Origin: Allofournierella massiliensis
GTDB taxonomy: Bacteria; Bacillota; Clostridia; Oscillospirales; Ruminococcaceae
Assembly: GCA_021531255.1 (NCBI GenBank)
Contig: JAFBIO010000004.1
Strand: one strand, 5' to 3'
Length of the DNA: 64,000 nt
In this document: positions 8,868-16,794 of the stretch, piece by piece
Position numbering within the stretch: position 1 is the first letter of the stretch
Layout of the letters: every line of letters starts with the position of its first letter
The notes under the pieces: model-generated
The model's database searches: none
Seen by the model: the letters and a program-made list of their open reading frames with translations, nothing else
Told to the model about the DNA's origin: nothing
Translations under genes and position numbers: made by a program

Positions 8868-9553
8868 AAAAGAGATTTTTGCTGATGGGCGCGGCAGCCG
8901 TTCTGGTTATGGCTACAGTGGTAGGCGGCTCCCTGGCCGCAGACCAGGTGAGCGGCGATCAGGCGGTGCAGGCACCTCTTGCCGCAACGAACCTGAGTAT
9001 TGCGCTGGACGGTGCGGCGGAATATCCCATCGAAAGCGCCTGGATGCCCGGTAATACCATTGAACTGAATGGCGAGACCGGCATCTATTCTGTGGAAAAC
9101 ACCGGTACGGGGGATAGTTACATCCGCCTTACCTTATACACATATTGGAGCGACGAAGACGGCGTCAATACCGATTTCGTAGCCACTAATGATCAGGGCG
9201 AGGTTTATCAGCATGTAGCCCAGGTGGAAGTCCCCGCTGAGATGCTGGGCGATGGCTGGGTCAAGGCCGAAGGTGGTCTGCTGGGCCAGTCGGTAGACGG
9301 CAAGCAGGTGTTCTACTACACCAAGCCCTTGGCCACCGGCGAAAGCACCGGCGCTTTGCTCAAGGGGGTAAAACTTCCTGCTTCGCTGAGCAATCAGTAT
9401 GCGGGGCAGCAGATCACCCTGCGGGCAGAAGCGGACGGCGTACAGTTCATCGGCGCGGATTACAACGAGGTGAACGCCGACGGTATCCTTTCTGCCTGGG
9501 GTGTGAAAGCTACCCTGGGTGCGGACGGCAGCATTGCCAAGATCGAAAATTAA
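8864..9553 (+). CDS. TasA/camelysin-like protein 4 (more divergent signal peptide)
   Basis: GTG start overlapping the sipW2 stop. N-terminus VKKRFLLMGAAAVLVMATVVGGSLAADQ. Shared motif FYYTKPLATGESTGALLKGVKLP, paralogous to the other three. Confidence 0.7.
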   Translation: MKKRFLLMGAAAVLVMATVVGGSLAADQVSGDQAVQAPLAATNLSIALDGAAEYPIESAWMPGNTIELNGETGIYSVENTGTGDSYIRLTLYTYWSDEDGVNTDFVATNDQGEVYQHVAQVEVPAEMLGDGWVKAEGGLLGQSVDGKQVFYYTKPLATGESTGALLKGVKLPASLSNQYAGQQITLRAEADGVQFIGADYNEVNADGILSAWGVKATLGADGSIAKIEN

Positions 9554-9581
9554 GCGACAGCGGAAAGACAGGTAAAAGACT

Positions 9582-10313
9582 ATGATGAAAAGAATCAGTG
9601 CCATCGTGCTTGCCCTGAGCGTTTCCGTCGTGCTGGCCCTTGGCTGCTTTGCCGCTGACACCACCGGCACAGCCACCTATGATGGAAGCAAACTCAATGT
9701 GGAAGGCGATATGTCCGGTTTTTCCAGCATGGTGCCCGGGCTGCCCCAGAGCGGCTCTGTCCAGCTGAAAAATGCTTCGGATAAAACCGCCAATTTCTAC
9801 ATGAATACCGATGTGGTCAGTACCCTGATCACCAATTTGGAAGGCGCCACCCAGACCGCCTACACCGTCAGCCTCAGCTGCGGCGATACCGTGTTGTACG
9901 GTTATGACCCGGCTACCGGCGCCACCGGCAGCCTGGTGGGCGGCATGGATACCCAGGGCCTGGAAGAATTGAACGGGGACCTGGAAGGCTACCTGCTGGT
10001 GGCTACCCTGAAACCCGGCGAGACTGCGGATGTGAACTTCTCCATCACCCCGGATGCCCGCAGCACCACCGATTACTACCAGTTCAGTGAAGGTCTGGTG
10101 GAATTCCGCTTCCAGGTTCGGGATGTGGAACCCATTGTGAAGAAAAACACCATCACCAAAGAGGGCGAGGATGTGGTCGTTACCCAGACCCGCTATGTGG
10201 TGGAGGCCGCCAAAACCGGCGATACCAACCTGATCTTTGTGGCTGCCGGCCTGCTGGCCCTGGCTCTGGTGATCCTGGTTGTAACCAAGAAAAAGAAGAA
10301 GGAGGATCAGTGA
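9582..10313 (+). CDS. Cell-wall-anchored surface protein, predicted sortase-B substrate (noncanonical sorting signal AAKTG)
   Basis: Sec signal peptide ...ALGCFA/AD. The C-terminus has AAKTGDTN followed by the hydrophobic segment LIFVAAGLLALALVILVV and a KKKKKEDQ tail. It contains an LKPGETADVNF motif reminiscent of the TasA-like paralogs. Confidence 0.75.
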   Translation: MMKRISAIVLALSVSVVLALGCFAADTTGTATYDGSKLNVEGDMSGFSSMVPGLPQSGSVQLKNASDKTANFYMNTDVVSTLITNLEGATQTAYTVSLSCGDTVLYGYDPATGATGSLVGGMDTQGLEELNGDLEGYLLVATLKPGETADVNFSITPDARSTTDYYQFSEGLVEFRFQVRDVEPIVKKNTITKEGEDVVVTQTRYVVEAAKTGDTNLIFVAAGLLALALVILVVTKKKKKEDQ

Positions 10314-10314
10314 G

Positions 10315-11280
10315 ATGCGTAAGAGCTTTGTAAAACGCCTTGCCTGCGCGGCGCTGGCCCTCTCCATGGCCATGACCATGGCCATCCCCGCCTTTGCCGA
10401 CGAGCAGGGCCGGGTGGTTACCTTCCGCCCCGGCATGGAAGGCTCTGTCTTCAGCGAAGAGTATATTGCGTACATCGAGAACACCGGCTATACATACGAA
10501 GTCAGCCAGGCGACCGGCAGCATTTCGGTGCTGGTGCCCATCGGCAGCCCTGCCCCCAACGCGCCGGATTATACCGATATCATCCCGGGGGATTCCCGCT
10601 ATCAGGTCATTGACCCGGCCGAGGGGTATCAGCAGAATGGCCAGCTGAGCAGCGAGCATGTGACCCAGTACGCCATGAAGCGCCAGGGTGAGGATTACGC
10701 CTACACCGTGGAATACCGGGATCGGGATACCGGCGAGGAAGTAGCTCCCGCTCAGCGCGGCACTTCCAGCGCTGTGACCCTGACCTTCTATGCCCCGGCC
10801 ATTGCCAACTACCGGGCAGAGGCCGAATCGGCTACCCTGACCATTACGGCCGAGGGCCCCAACCTTCTGACCTTCTGGTATGTGGCAGTGCCCATCACCG
10901 AGACCAAGACCGTTACCGCTGATGGGAATACGATCTACCGCTACAATGATGTCACCGTCTACAGCACCGCAGGCGTTGCAGGCGGCGGTGCTGGCGGCGG
11001 CGCAGGAGCCGGCGCAGGAGCCGGCGCTGGTGGCGGAGAAGGCGGCGGTGAGGTCATCAACCCCGATGAGACTCCTCTCACCGGCGGCGAGGCCACCGAG
11101 CCTGAGACCTCCGGTCCCACTGAGGAAATCAACCCGGATGAAACTCCCCAGACCAACGCTCCCGAAGAGGAGAGCAGCGGCCTGAGCCCCATGGTGGGTG
11201 TGGGCATCGGCCTGGTTTTTCTGATCCTGGCGGTGGCCTTCTTCCTCAAGCGCAAAAAGGATAGCGCCGCAGAAGAATAA
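10315..11280 (+). CDS. Cell-wall-anchored surface protein, predicted sortase-B substrate (tandem NPDETPLTGG / NPDETPQTN motifs)
   Basis: Sec signal peptide and a Gly/Ala-rich low-complexity linker. The C-terminus has INPDETPLTGG...INPDETPQTNAPEEE followed by TM GVGIGLVFLILAVAFF and an LKRKK tail. Confidence 0.75.
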   Translation: MRKSFVKRLACAALALSMAMTMAIPAFADEQGRVVTFRPGMEGSVFSEEYIAYIENTGYTYEVSQATGSISVLVPIGSPAPNAPDYTDIIPGDSRYQVIDPAEGYQQNGQLSSEHVTQYAMKRQGEDYAYTVEYRDRDTGEEVAPAQRGTSSAVTLTFYAPAIANYRAEAESATLTITAEGPNLLTFWYVAVPITETKTVTADGNTIYRYNDVTVYSTAGVAGGGAGGGAGAGAGAGAGGGEGGGEVINPDETPLTGGEATEPETSGPTEEINPDETPQTNAPEEESSGLSPMVGVGIGLVFLILAVAFFLKRKKDSAAEE

Positions 11281-11306
11281 GTGGTATCATAACAAGTGAA
11301 TCACGC

Positions 11307-11339
11307 AAAGGAGCTGCCCTTGCGGCAGCTCCTTTTTTA
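11307..11339 (+). terminator. Rho-independent terminator
   Basis: aaaggagctgccc-ttgc-gggcagctcc hairpin followed by TTTTTT. Confidence 0.75.
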
Positions 11340-11367
11340 TTCTCACCAAGCATAAAGGGAAAGAAAA

Positions 11368-12150
11368 ATGGAAGAACGCAAGAAAAAGCGCTTTTCGGCG
11401 TTGAGTCTGATCCGAATCATCGCCCTGGTAGTGGCCCTGGTATCGGCCGGTGCCATCCTCTGGCAGCTGTATATCTACCGGCAGGGCGAAGAAACCTATG
11501 AAGAATTGCGCCAGCAATACACCACAACGGCGGAAGAATCGGCCCAGAGCCAGGCGAATGAGCAGGCCGAGGAACCTTTCCAGCTGCTGGATGTGGATTT
11601 TGAGGCCCTGCAGGCCCAGAACCCGGATGTGGTGGGCTGGATCGACTTTGACGCCATCGAGCTGAGCTACCCGGTGGTCTGGTCCGGGGACAACGAAAAG
11701 TATCTGCGCACCATGTGGAACGGAACCCCCAACACGGCGGGCAGCGTATTTTTGGAGGGTGCCAATACCGGCTGGCAAGACCTGCATGTGATTCTGTACG
11801 GCCACAACATGCGCAACCGCAGTATGTTCGGCAACCTGCGGGAATACCGGGATGTGGAGTTCTATAAAAAGAACGGCGGATGGTTCACCCTCTATACCCC
11901 CGATGATGGGATCTGGCGCTACCAGATCTTTGGGGCAAAGCAGGTGAGCAGCGACGATCCTTTGTACACCGTGGGCTTTTCGGTGGGGGATACCTATACG
12001 GAATTTCTCAAGCAGATGTGCCAGGGGCGCTTTTATGAGACAGGCGTGACCCTCTATTCCGAGGACCATGTGATGACCCTGAGCACCTGTGTGGGCGACG
12101 ATGCCCAGCGCTTGGTGATCATGGCCAGAAGAGCCGAGCAGGTGGGATGA
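11368..12150 (+). CDS. srtB: Class B sortase
   Basis: N-terminal TM anchor. LYGHNM...His and TLSTC catalytic Cys motifs. Arg near the C-terminus. The fold-family signature is typical of SrtB. Confidence 0.9.
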   Translation: MEERKKKRFSALSLIRIIALVVALVSAGAILWQLYIYRQGEETYEELRQQYTTTAEESAQSQANEQAEEPFQLLDVDFEALQAQNPDVVGWIDFDAIELSYPVVWSGDNEKYLRTMWNGTPNTAGSVFLEGANTGWQDLHVILYGHNMRNRSMFGNLREYRDVEFYKKNGGWFTLYTPDDGIWRYQIFGAKQVSSDDPLYTVGFSVGDTYTEFLKQMCQGRFYETGVTLYSEDHVMTLSTCVGDDAQRLVIMARRAEQVG

Positions 12151-12172
12151 ATACCGAATCCCACAAAAAATA

Positions 12173-12213
12173 AGAGCGGCCCCTTTTGCAAGAAGGCAAA
12201 GGGGGCCGCTTTA
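12173..12213. terminator. Bidirectional terminator between srtB and the EamA gene
   Basis: gagcggccccctttt...aaagggggccgcttt hairpin. Confidence 0.7.
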
Positions 12214-12231
12214 TGTATGCAGAAAAGATTT

Positions 12232-13116
12232 TTAAAGGGAAGAAGGAGCCTTTTTCCGGTTCAGCAAGGCCACTGCGGCAAAAATCAGGGCAACCCCGGC
12301 ACATTTGGCGGGGGTAAGGGGTTCCCCCCAGAGAAAGATGCCGATGAGGGTGGCACTCAGGGGTTCCGCCGTGGCCAGGATGGCCGCCCGCCCCGCTTCC
12401 ATCCGGGCCAGACCCCAGGTATAAAGCAGATAGGGCAGGATGCTGCAAAGAACCGTATTGCCCAGCACCTCCCCAAAGGCGGCGGGCTGCAGGCAAAGCC
12501 GGAAAAGTTGAAGGGGAGAGGTCAGCACCAGGCAGCCGGCTGCGGCAAAGAAGAAGGTGTAAGCGGTGACCGTAAGGGTCTGATAGCCTCGGTTCAGGGC
12601 AGCCTGGCCGAAGATGGAGTAAAGGGCATAGCCCAGGCCGCTGCAAACCCCAATCAAAACGCCAAGAGGATTCAAGGGATCGCCGCCGGTATAGCCAGCC
12701 ACCAGAACGCAGCCGATAAAGGTACACAGAAGGGCCAGCAGTTTGGCAGGGCCGATCTTTTCCCGGAAAAAGAGGGCGGAAAAAAGCATGACCCAGATGG
12801 GGCTGGTGTAGAGCAGTACCACCGCCACGCCGGCACCGGTGGTGCGGATGGTGGTGAAATAGCACCAGTTGAAAAATACCATGCTCAGCAGGCCGGTGCC
12901 GGCAAAAAGCCAGAGATCTTTCAGCCGCACCCGGAGCAGGCTTTTGTCCTTCCATAAAAGGAGGAAAAAGCAGAGCAGGGCGCTGAGCAGGCAGCGGCCC
13001 GCCACGATTTGGATGCTGTCAAAGCCAAGGGCCGTGAGCCCCCGCACAAAGATACTGATCAGGCTCCACAATACCGCGGCGGAGAGCACCGCCAGGGCGG
13101 GCGCGTGCTGCTTCAT
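12232..13116 (-). CDS. EamA/DMT family transporter
   Basis: Ten predicted TMs and two EamA-like halves. Its ATG overlaps the stop of the upstream HAD gene (ATGA-type coupling). Confidence 0.85.
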   Translation of the reverse strand: MKQHAPALAVLSAAVLWSLISIFVRGLTALGFDSIQIVAGRCLLSALLCFFLLLWKDKSLLRVRLKDLWLFAGTGLLSMVFFNWCYFTTIRTTGAGVAVVLLYTSPIWVMLFSALFFREKIGPAKLLALLCTFIGCVLVAGYTGGDPLNPLGVLIGVCSGLGYALYSIFGQAALNRGYQTLTVTAYTFFFAAAGCLVLTSPLQLFRLCLQPAAFGEVLGNTVLCSILPYLLYTWGLARMEAGRAAILATAEPLSATLIGIFLWGEPLTPAKCAGVALIFAAVALLNRKKAPSSL

Positions 13117-13772
13117 ACCGATGCCCCCCGAATAAGGGCAGCCAGTTCTTCCGGGCTGGCGGCCAGATGATCAGCGCCGGCCTGAATCAGTTCTTCCCGG
13201 CTGCGGAAACCCCAAAGAACGCCGCAGGTGGTAAGTCCGCCGTTTCGGCCGGTCTGGATATCCACATTACTGTCCCCCACAAAAAGGGTGTGGGCCGGGT
13301 CGGCGCTCAGGTCCTTCATCAGGGCGTGCAGCCCGGCGGGGTCGGGTTTGGGGGGCACCCCATCCACCCGGCCTTTTACCTGATGGACCAGGCCGGGCAG
13401 GTAGTGTTCCACCACCGCCTTAGCCGGGCCGTCATCCTTGTTGCTGAAGACGCCTACCTGGATGCCTTCTTCCTTCAAAGAAGCCAAAAGCTGGGAAATG
13501 CCCGGGTAGGGGGCGGTGGTATCCTCCTTGTGGATGGCATAGGCCGCTAAATATTCCCGCAAGGTACCGGCGAGAACTTCGGGGCTGCGCTGATCCGGGG
13601 GAGAAAACCGTTCCACCAGTTTGGGCATGCCGTTGCCCACAAAGGTCTTGTAGGTGTCCACTGAAAAAGTGGGCCAGCCGTGGGCCTGGCAGACCAGATT
13701 GGCACAATAGGCCAGATCCTGGATGGTGTTGAGAAGAGTGCCGTCCAGATCAAAGATCACTGTGGTAAACAT
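13113..13772 (-). CDS. HAD family hydrolase (phosphoglycolate phosphatase-like)
   Basis: DLDGTL motif I, S/T motif II, and K...GDSNVD motif IV. Confidence 0.85.
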   Translation of the reverse strand: MFTTVIFDLDGTLLNTIQDLAYCANLVCQAHGWPTFSVDTYKTFVGNGMPKLVERFSPPDQRSPEVLAGTLREYLAAYAIHKEDTTAPYPGISQLLASLKEEGIQVGVFSNKDDGPAKAVVEHYLPGLVHQVKGRVDGVPPKPDPAGLHALMKDLSADPAHTLFVGDSNVDIQTGRNGGLTTCGVLWGFRSREELIQAGADHLAASPEELAALIRGASV

Positions 13773-13821
13773 GAATGATTCCGCTTCCTTTTCACGACAG
13801 GTTTATAACAGCCGACGGCCG

Positions 13822-15183
13822 TTACAGGGGCAGCTCCCGGGCAATTCTGGCCGAGACGCTGCGGATCCGATAGCGGGCGGCGGGCAGTTTCAAGGTAAAG
13901 GTGCCCCGGCCTTTCTGTTTGCTGAAAGGATTCTGACGAAAGACCGTCCGGGTAAGGTCGGTGAAAACACAGACCTCATAGCGGGTGAGCCGGCGGGTAT
14001 AGCACAGGGTCAGGCTGCTGCCGATACGGCCAACCCCCTCCCGCCGGTAGCCCTCGGCGGCCTGGAGCCCCAGACAGCCAAAGAAGAAAAGGCCGAATAA
14101 AAACAAAAAGGTGTAGGCCGGCCAGAGGGTGCGGCTGAGGATGAGCAGCAGCAGGCAGAGCGCCCCGCCCCCTGCCGGGAACCAGAAAAAGGAGGGCAGG
14201 CTGCGCCCCCGGACTGATTCATACCGGCTGGGCGGCAGATACAGCCCGGGCATCAGGCGGCGAAGGCTGAACCAGTCGCCTTTCCGGCACAAAAACAGGG
14301 GCGATTCCCGGCCCTGATCATGGCCGGCCGCCAGATATACCGGGTAGCGGCGCAGCAGCCGCGCAGCGGGCGTCACCCGAACCTGGCAGCTGGTGACGGC
14401 CGAAAGGCGTACCCGCCGTTCGGTAAGGCGGAGCAGCCCGTACCGGGCCACCAGAATGGTATCCCCCCGGGCTACCCGCAGATTGGCCCGGCAGAGGAAA
14501 TTATACCCCAGGCTGAACACATAGAAGAGAAAGGCCAGGGTGACCAGCCAGGCCAGGCCGGCGGGCAGGACACGGTTTACCAGGGCCTCGGCCTGCAGCA
14601 GTCCCTGCCAGGCAGTCTGGGTGAGGAAGGGGTCCAGCTCGTACAGGGTCTTCCGGGCGCTGTACACAGCCATCAGGCCGGTAAGGGTCACATTGAAGCC
14701 CAGCACCAGCATGCTCAGCCGGTCCGCCCCCACCGGGGCAAAAACCGGATTTTCCAGTTCATCAGGCATCAGGGCCCGGGCCAGGGCCTCGGCGTCCCGG
14801 CGGGGCAGAAAAAGGGTGATGCTGCCGGGCAGGCTTCGCTGGGTATATACCGTAAGGCGGGAAGCCCCCATCAGACGGAAGAAAAAAGGCCGCGTCACCA
14901 CGGCAGAGGCGAGCTCCGGGATCCGCACCTGCTGGCGCAGATGAAACAGGATCCCCAGCTGGATGGTGAGCAGATCGCCTTCCAACCGCCAGCCGGAGAG
15001 CTGCCAGGCCGCAAAGCTGAAGGCCAGCAGCAGCAAAAGAATCAGGGCGTCCTGCTGAAGGGCCAGAACCAGGCTGGCCCAATCAAAATGCAGCAGAGCC
15101 CGGAGCATGGGCAGCAGGCAGAGGGCCAGGCCTTTGCGCACGATGTGCAGGCTGTACAGGGGGTGAAACCGGCGGAACTTCAT
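13822..15183 (-). CDS. YdbT-like membrane protein with bacterial PH (bPH_2) domains
   Basis: The internal Met MKFRRFHPLY is the likely start. Its ATG overlaps the stop of the upstream YdbS-like gene (ATGA), giving a ydbS-ydbT-like pair. The longer annotated ORF is an upstream extension lacking a stop. Confidence 0.65.
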   Translation of the reverse strand: MKFRRFHPLYSLHIVRKGLALCLLPMLRALLHFDWASLVLALQQDALILLLLLAFSFAAWQLSGWRLEGDLLTIQLGILFHLRQQVRIPELASAVVTRPFFFRLMGASRLTVYTQRSLPGSITLFLPRRDAEALARALMPDELENPVFAPVGADRLSMLVLGFNVTLTGLMAVYSARKTLYELDPFLTQTAWQGLLQAEALVNRVLPAGLAWLVTLAFLFYVFSLGYNFLCRANLRVARGDTILVARYGLLRLTERRVRLSAVTSCQVRVTPAARLLRRYPVYLAAGHDQGRESPLFLCRKGDWFSLRRLMPGLYLPPSRYESVRGRSLPSFFWFPAGGGALCLLLLILSRTLWPAYTFLFLFGLFFFGCLGLQAAEGYRREGVGRIGSSLTLCYTRRLTRYEVCVFTDLTRTVFRQNPFSKQKGRGTFTLKLPAARYRIRSVSARIARELPL

Positions 15184-15593
15184 GGCTGCCCCCCCTGCAG
15201 CAGGCAGGTGATGGCGTCGGCATCTGCCATGGAAAGAGCCGGCAGCAGGCAGGCCAGGCCTCCCCCTGCGTAGAGCAGGAGGGATTGGCAGCCCATCGCC
15301 CGGGAAAGGGGAGAGGAATACCGCACCACCCCGCACAAAGCCCGCAGAGGGATTCGTTTGATACAGGGGAAAACGAACCCTGAACGGATGCACAGTTCGG
15401 TTTCATCGATTAAAATCTCCAGCCCGGGCAGGTAGCACAGCAGGCAATAGAGAAAAAACAGGAAAGCCAATACCCAGGCCAATATCCCCATGAAAGGGGA
15501 AAACCAGAAAAAAACGCCGCCCAGAAGGGTGCCGCCCAGAAAAAGCCAGAAGCCGGCCAGGCGGATGCCGGCGGACGAAAGACGAATGACCAT
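15180..15593 (-). CDS. YdbS-like small membrane protein with PH (bPH_2) domain
   Basis: 137 aa with two TMs then a PH-like domain. Its stop overlaps the start of the adjacent YdbT-like gene. Confidence 0.65.
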   Translation of the reverse strand: MVIRLSSAGIRLAGFWLFLGGTLLGGVFFWFSPFMGILAWVLAFLFFLYCLLCYLPGLEILIDETELCIRSGFVFPCIKRIPLRALCGVVRYSSPLSRAMGCQSLLLYAGGGLACLLPALSMADADAITCLLQGGQP

Positions 15594-15863
15594 AAACCCT
15601 CCTCAGGCGGCCCGCGCCGGAAAAATCCCCGGGGCCCAAGGGATATACAAAAATATTATAAAGGGTTCGGGGCAAAAGGGCAATCCCTACCCCGGGCAAA
15701 GCCGTTCTGTTCCGGGCTGTTTTATGCTATAATAAAATGGGGTACGCCCAAATGGGAAAAGCCCAGGGCGCGCGGCCCCTGTTTTTCATGATATCCTTTT
15801 TCAAAGCGAAAAAAACAAATCCTGTCCCGGCATTGGCCGGGGAGAGAAAAAAGGGGAGAACCT

Positions 15864-16733
15864 ATGCTTGAGATTTTAAAAGCGGTCCTGATGGGCGTGG
15901 TGGAAGGCATCACCGAATGGCTGCCCATCTCCAGCACCGGCCATATGATTCTGGTAGAGCAGGTGGTGCAGTTTGAGTTCAGCGAAGCCTTTGTAAGTAT
16001 GTTCCGGGTGGTGATCCAGCTGGGCGCCATCCTGGCGGTGGTGCTGCTGTATTTTGACCGGCTCTGGCCCTTTAAAAAATTGCCGGCCGGCACCGAGGAG
16101 GGCGGCACGCTGCCCCAGAAGATCCTGCTGCGGTGCGACAAGGAAAAATGGATTTTGTGGGCCAAGATCCTGGTGGCCAGCCTGCCCGCCGCCATCATTG
16201 GCCTGCCGCTGGATGACTGGCTGGATGAACACCTGTACAACGCGCCGGTAGTGGCCGGAATGCTCATTGTCTATGGCGTTCTGTTCCTGGTCATTGAGGA
16301 TCGGCGCCGCCGGCCCCATATCGTAAAGATGGAACAGCTCACCTTCCGAGATGCGGTCATCATTGGGATATGGCAGGTGCTGGCCCTGATCCCGGGCACC
16401 AGCCGCAGCGGCGCCACCATCGTGGGCGGCCTGCTGCTGGGCACTTCCCGCCCCCTGGCAGCTCAGTTCACCTTTTATCTGGCCATCCCGGTCATGTTCG
16501 GGGCCAGCGGGCTGAAACTGGTGAAGTATCTGGCCGAGGGCAACAGCTTTACCGGGATGGAAGTAGGCGCCCTGCTGGTGGGCATGCTGGTGGCCTTCCT
16601 GGTCAGCGTGGCGGCCATCCGCTTTTTGATGAATTATGTCAAACGCCACAGCTTTAAGGTGTTTGGCTGGTACCGGATCTTCCTGGGGACACTGGTGCTC
16701 TCGGTGGCGTTCTGGGAAAAAGTGCTGGGCTAA
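15864..16733 (+). CDS. uppP: Undecaprenyl-diphosphate phosphatase
   Basis: BacA/UppP signature EWLPISSTGH and PGTSRSGATI. Eight TMs. Confidence 0.9.
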   Translation: MLEILKAVLMGVVEGITEWLPISSTGHMILVEQVVQFEFSEAFVSMFRVVIQLGAILAVVLLYFDRLWPFKKLPAGTEEGGTLPQKILLRCDKEKWILWAKILVASLPAAIIGLPLDDWLDEHLYNAPVVAGMLIVYGVLFLVIEDRRRRPHIVKMEQLTFRDAVIIGIWQVLALIPGTSRSGATIVGGLLLGTSRPLAAQFTFYLAIPVMFGASGLKLVKYLAEGNSFTGMEVGALLVGMLVAFLVSVAAIRFLMNYVKRHSFKVFGWYRIFLGTLVLSVAFWEKVLG

Positions 16734-16794
16734 AAAAACAGCCCGGCGGCAGAAACGGGCCCCGGCGGGCCCCTGGATCTGGAGGAGAAAGAAT

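Noticed and set aside
10960-11060. Short tandem repeats considered as a possible CRISPR or other repeat array
   Set aside because: The repeats are 12-bp in-frame units inside a coding Gly/Ala linker. There are no spacers or cas genes.
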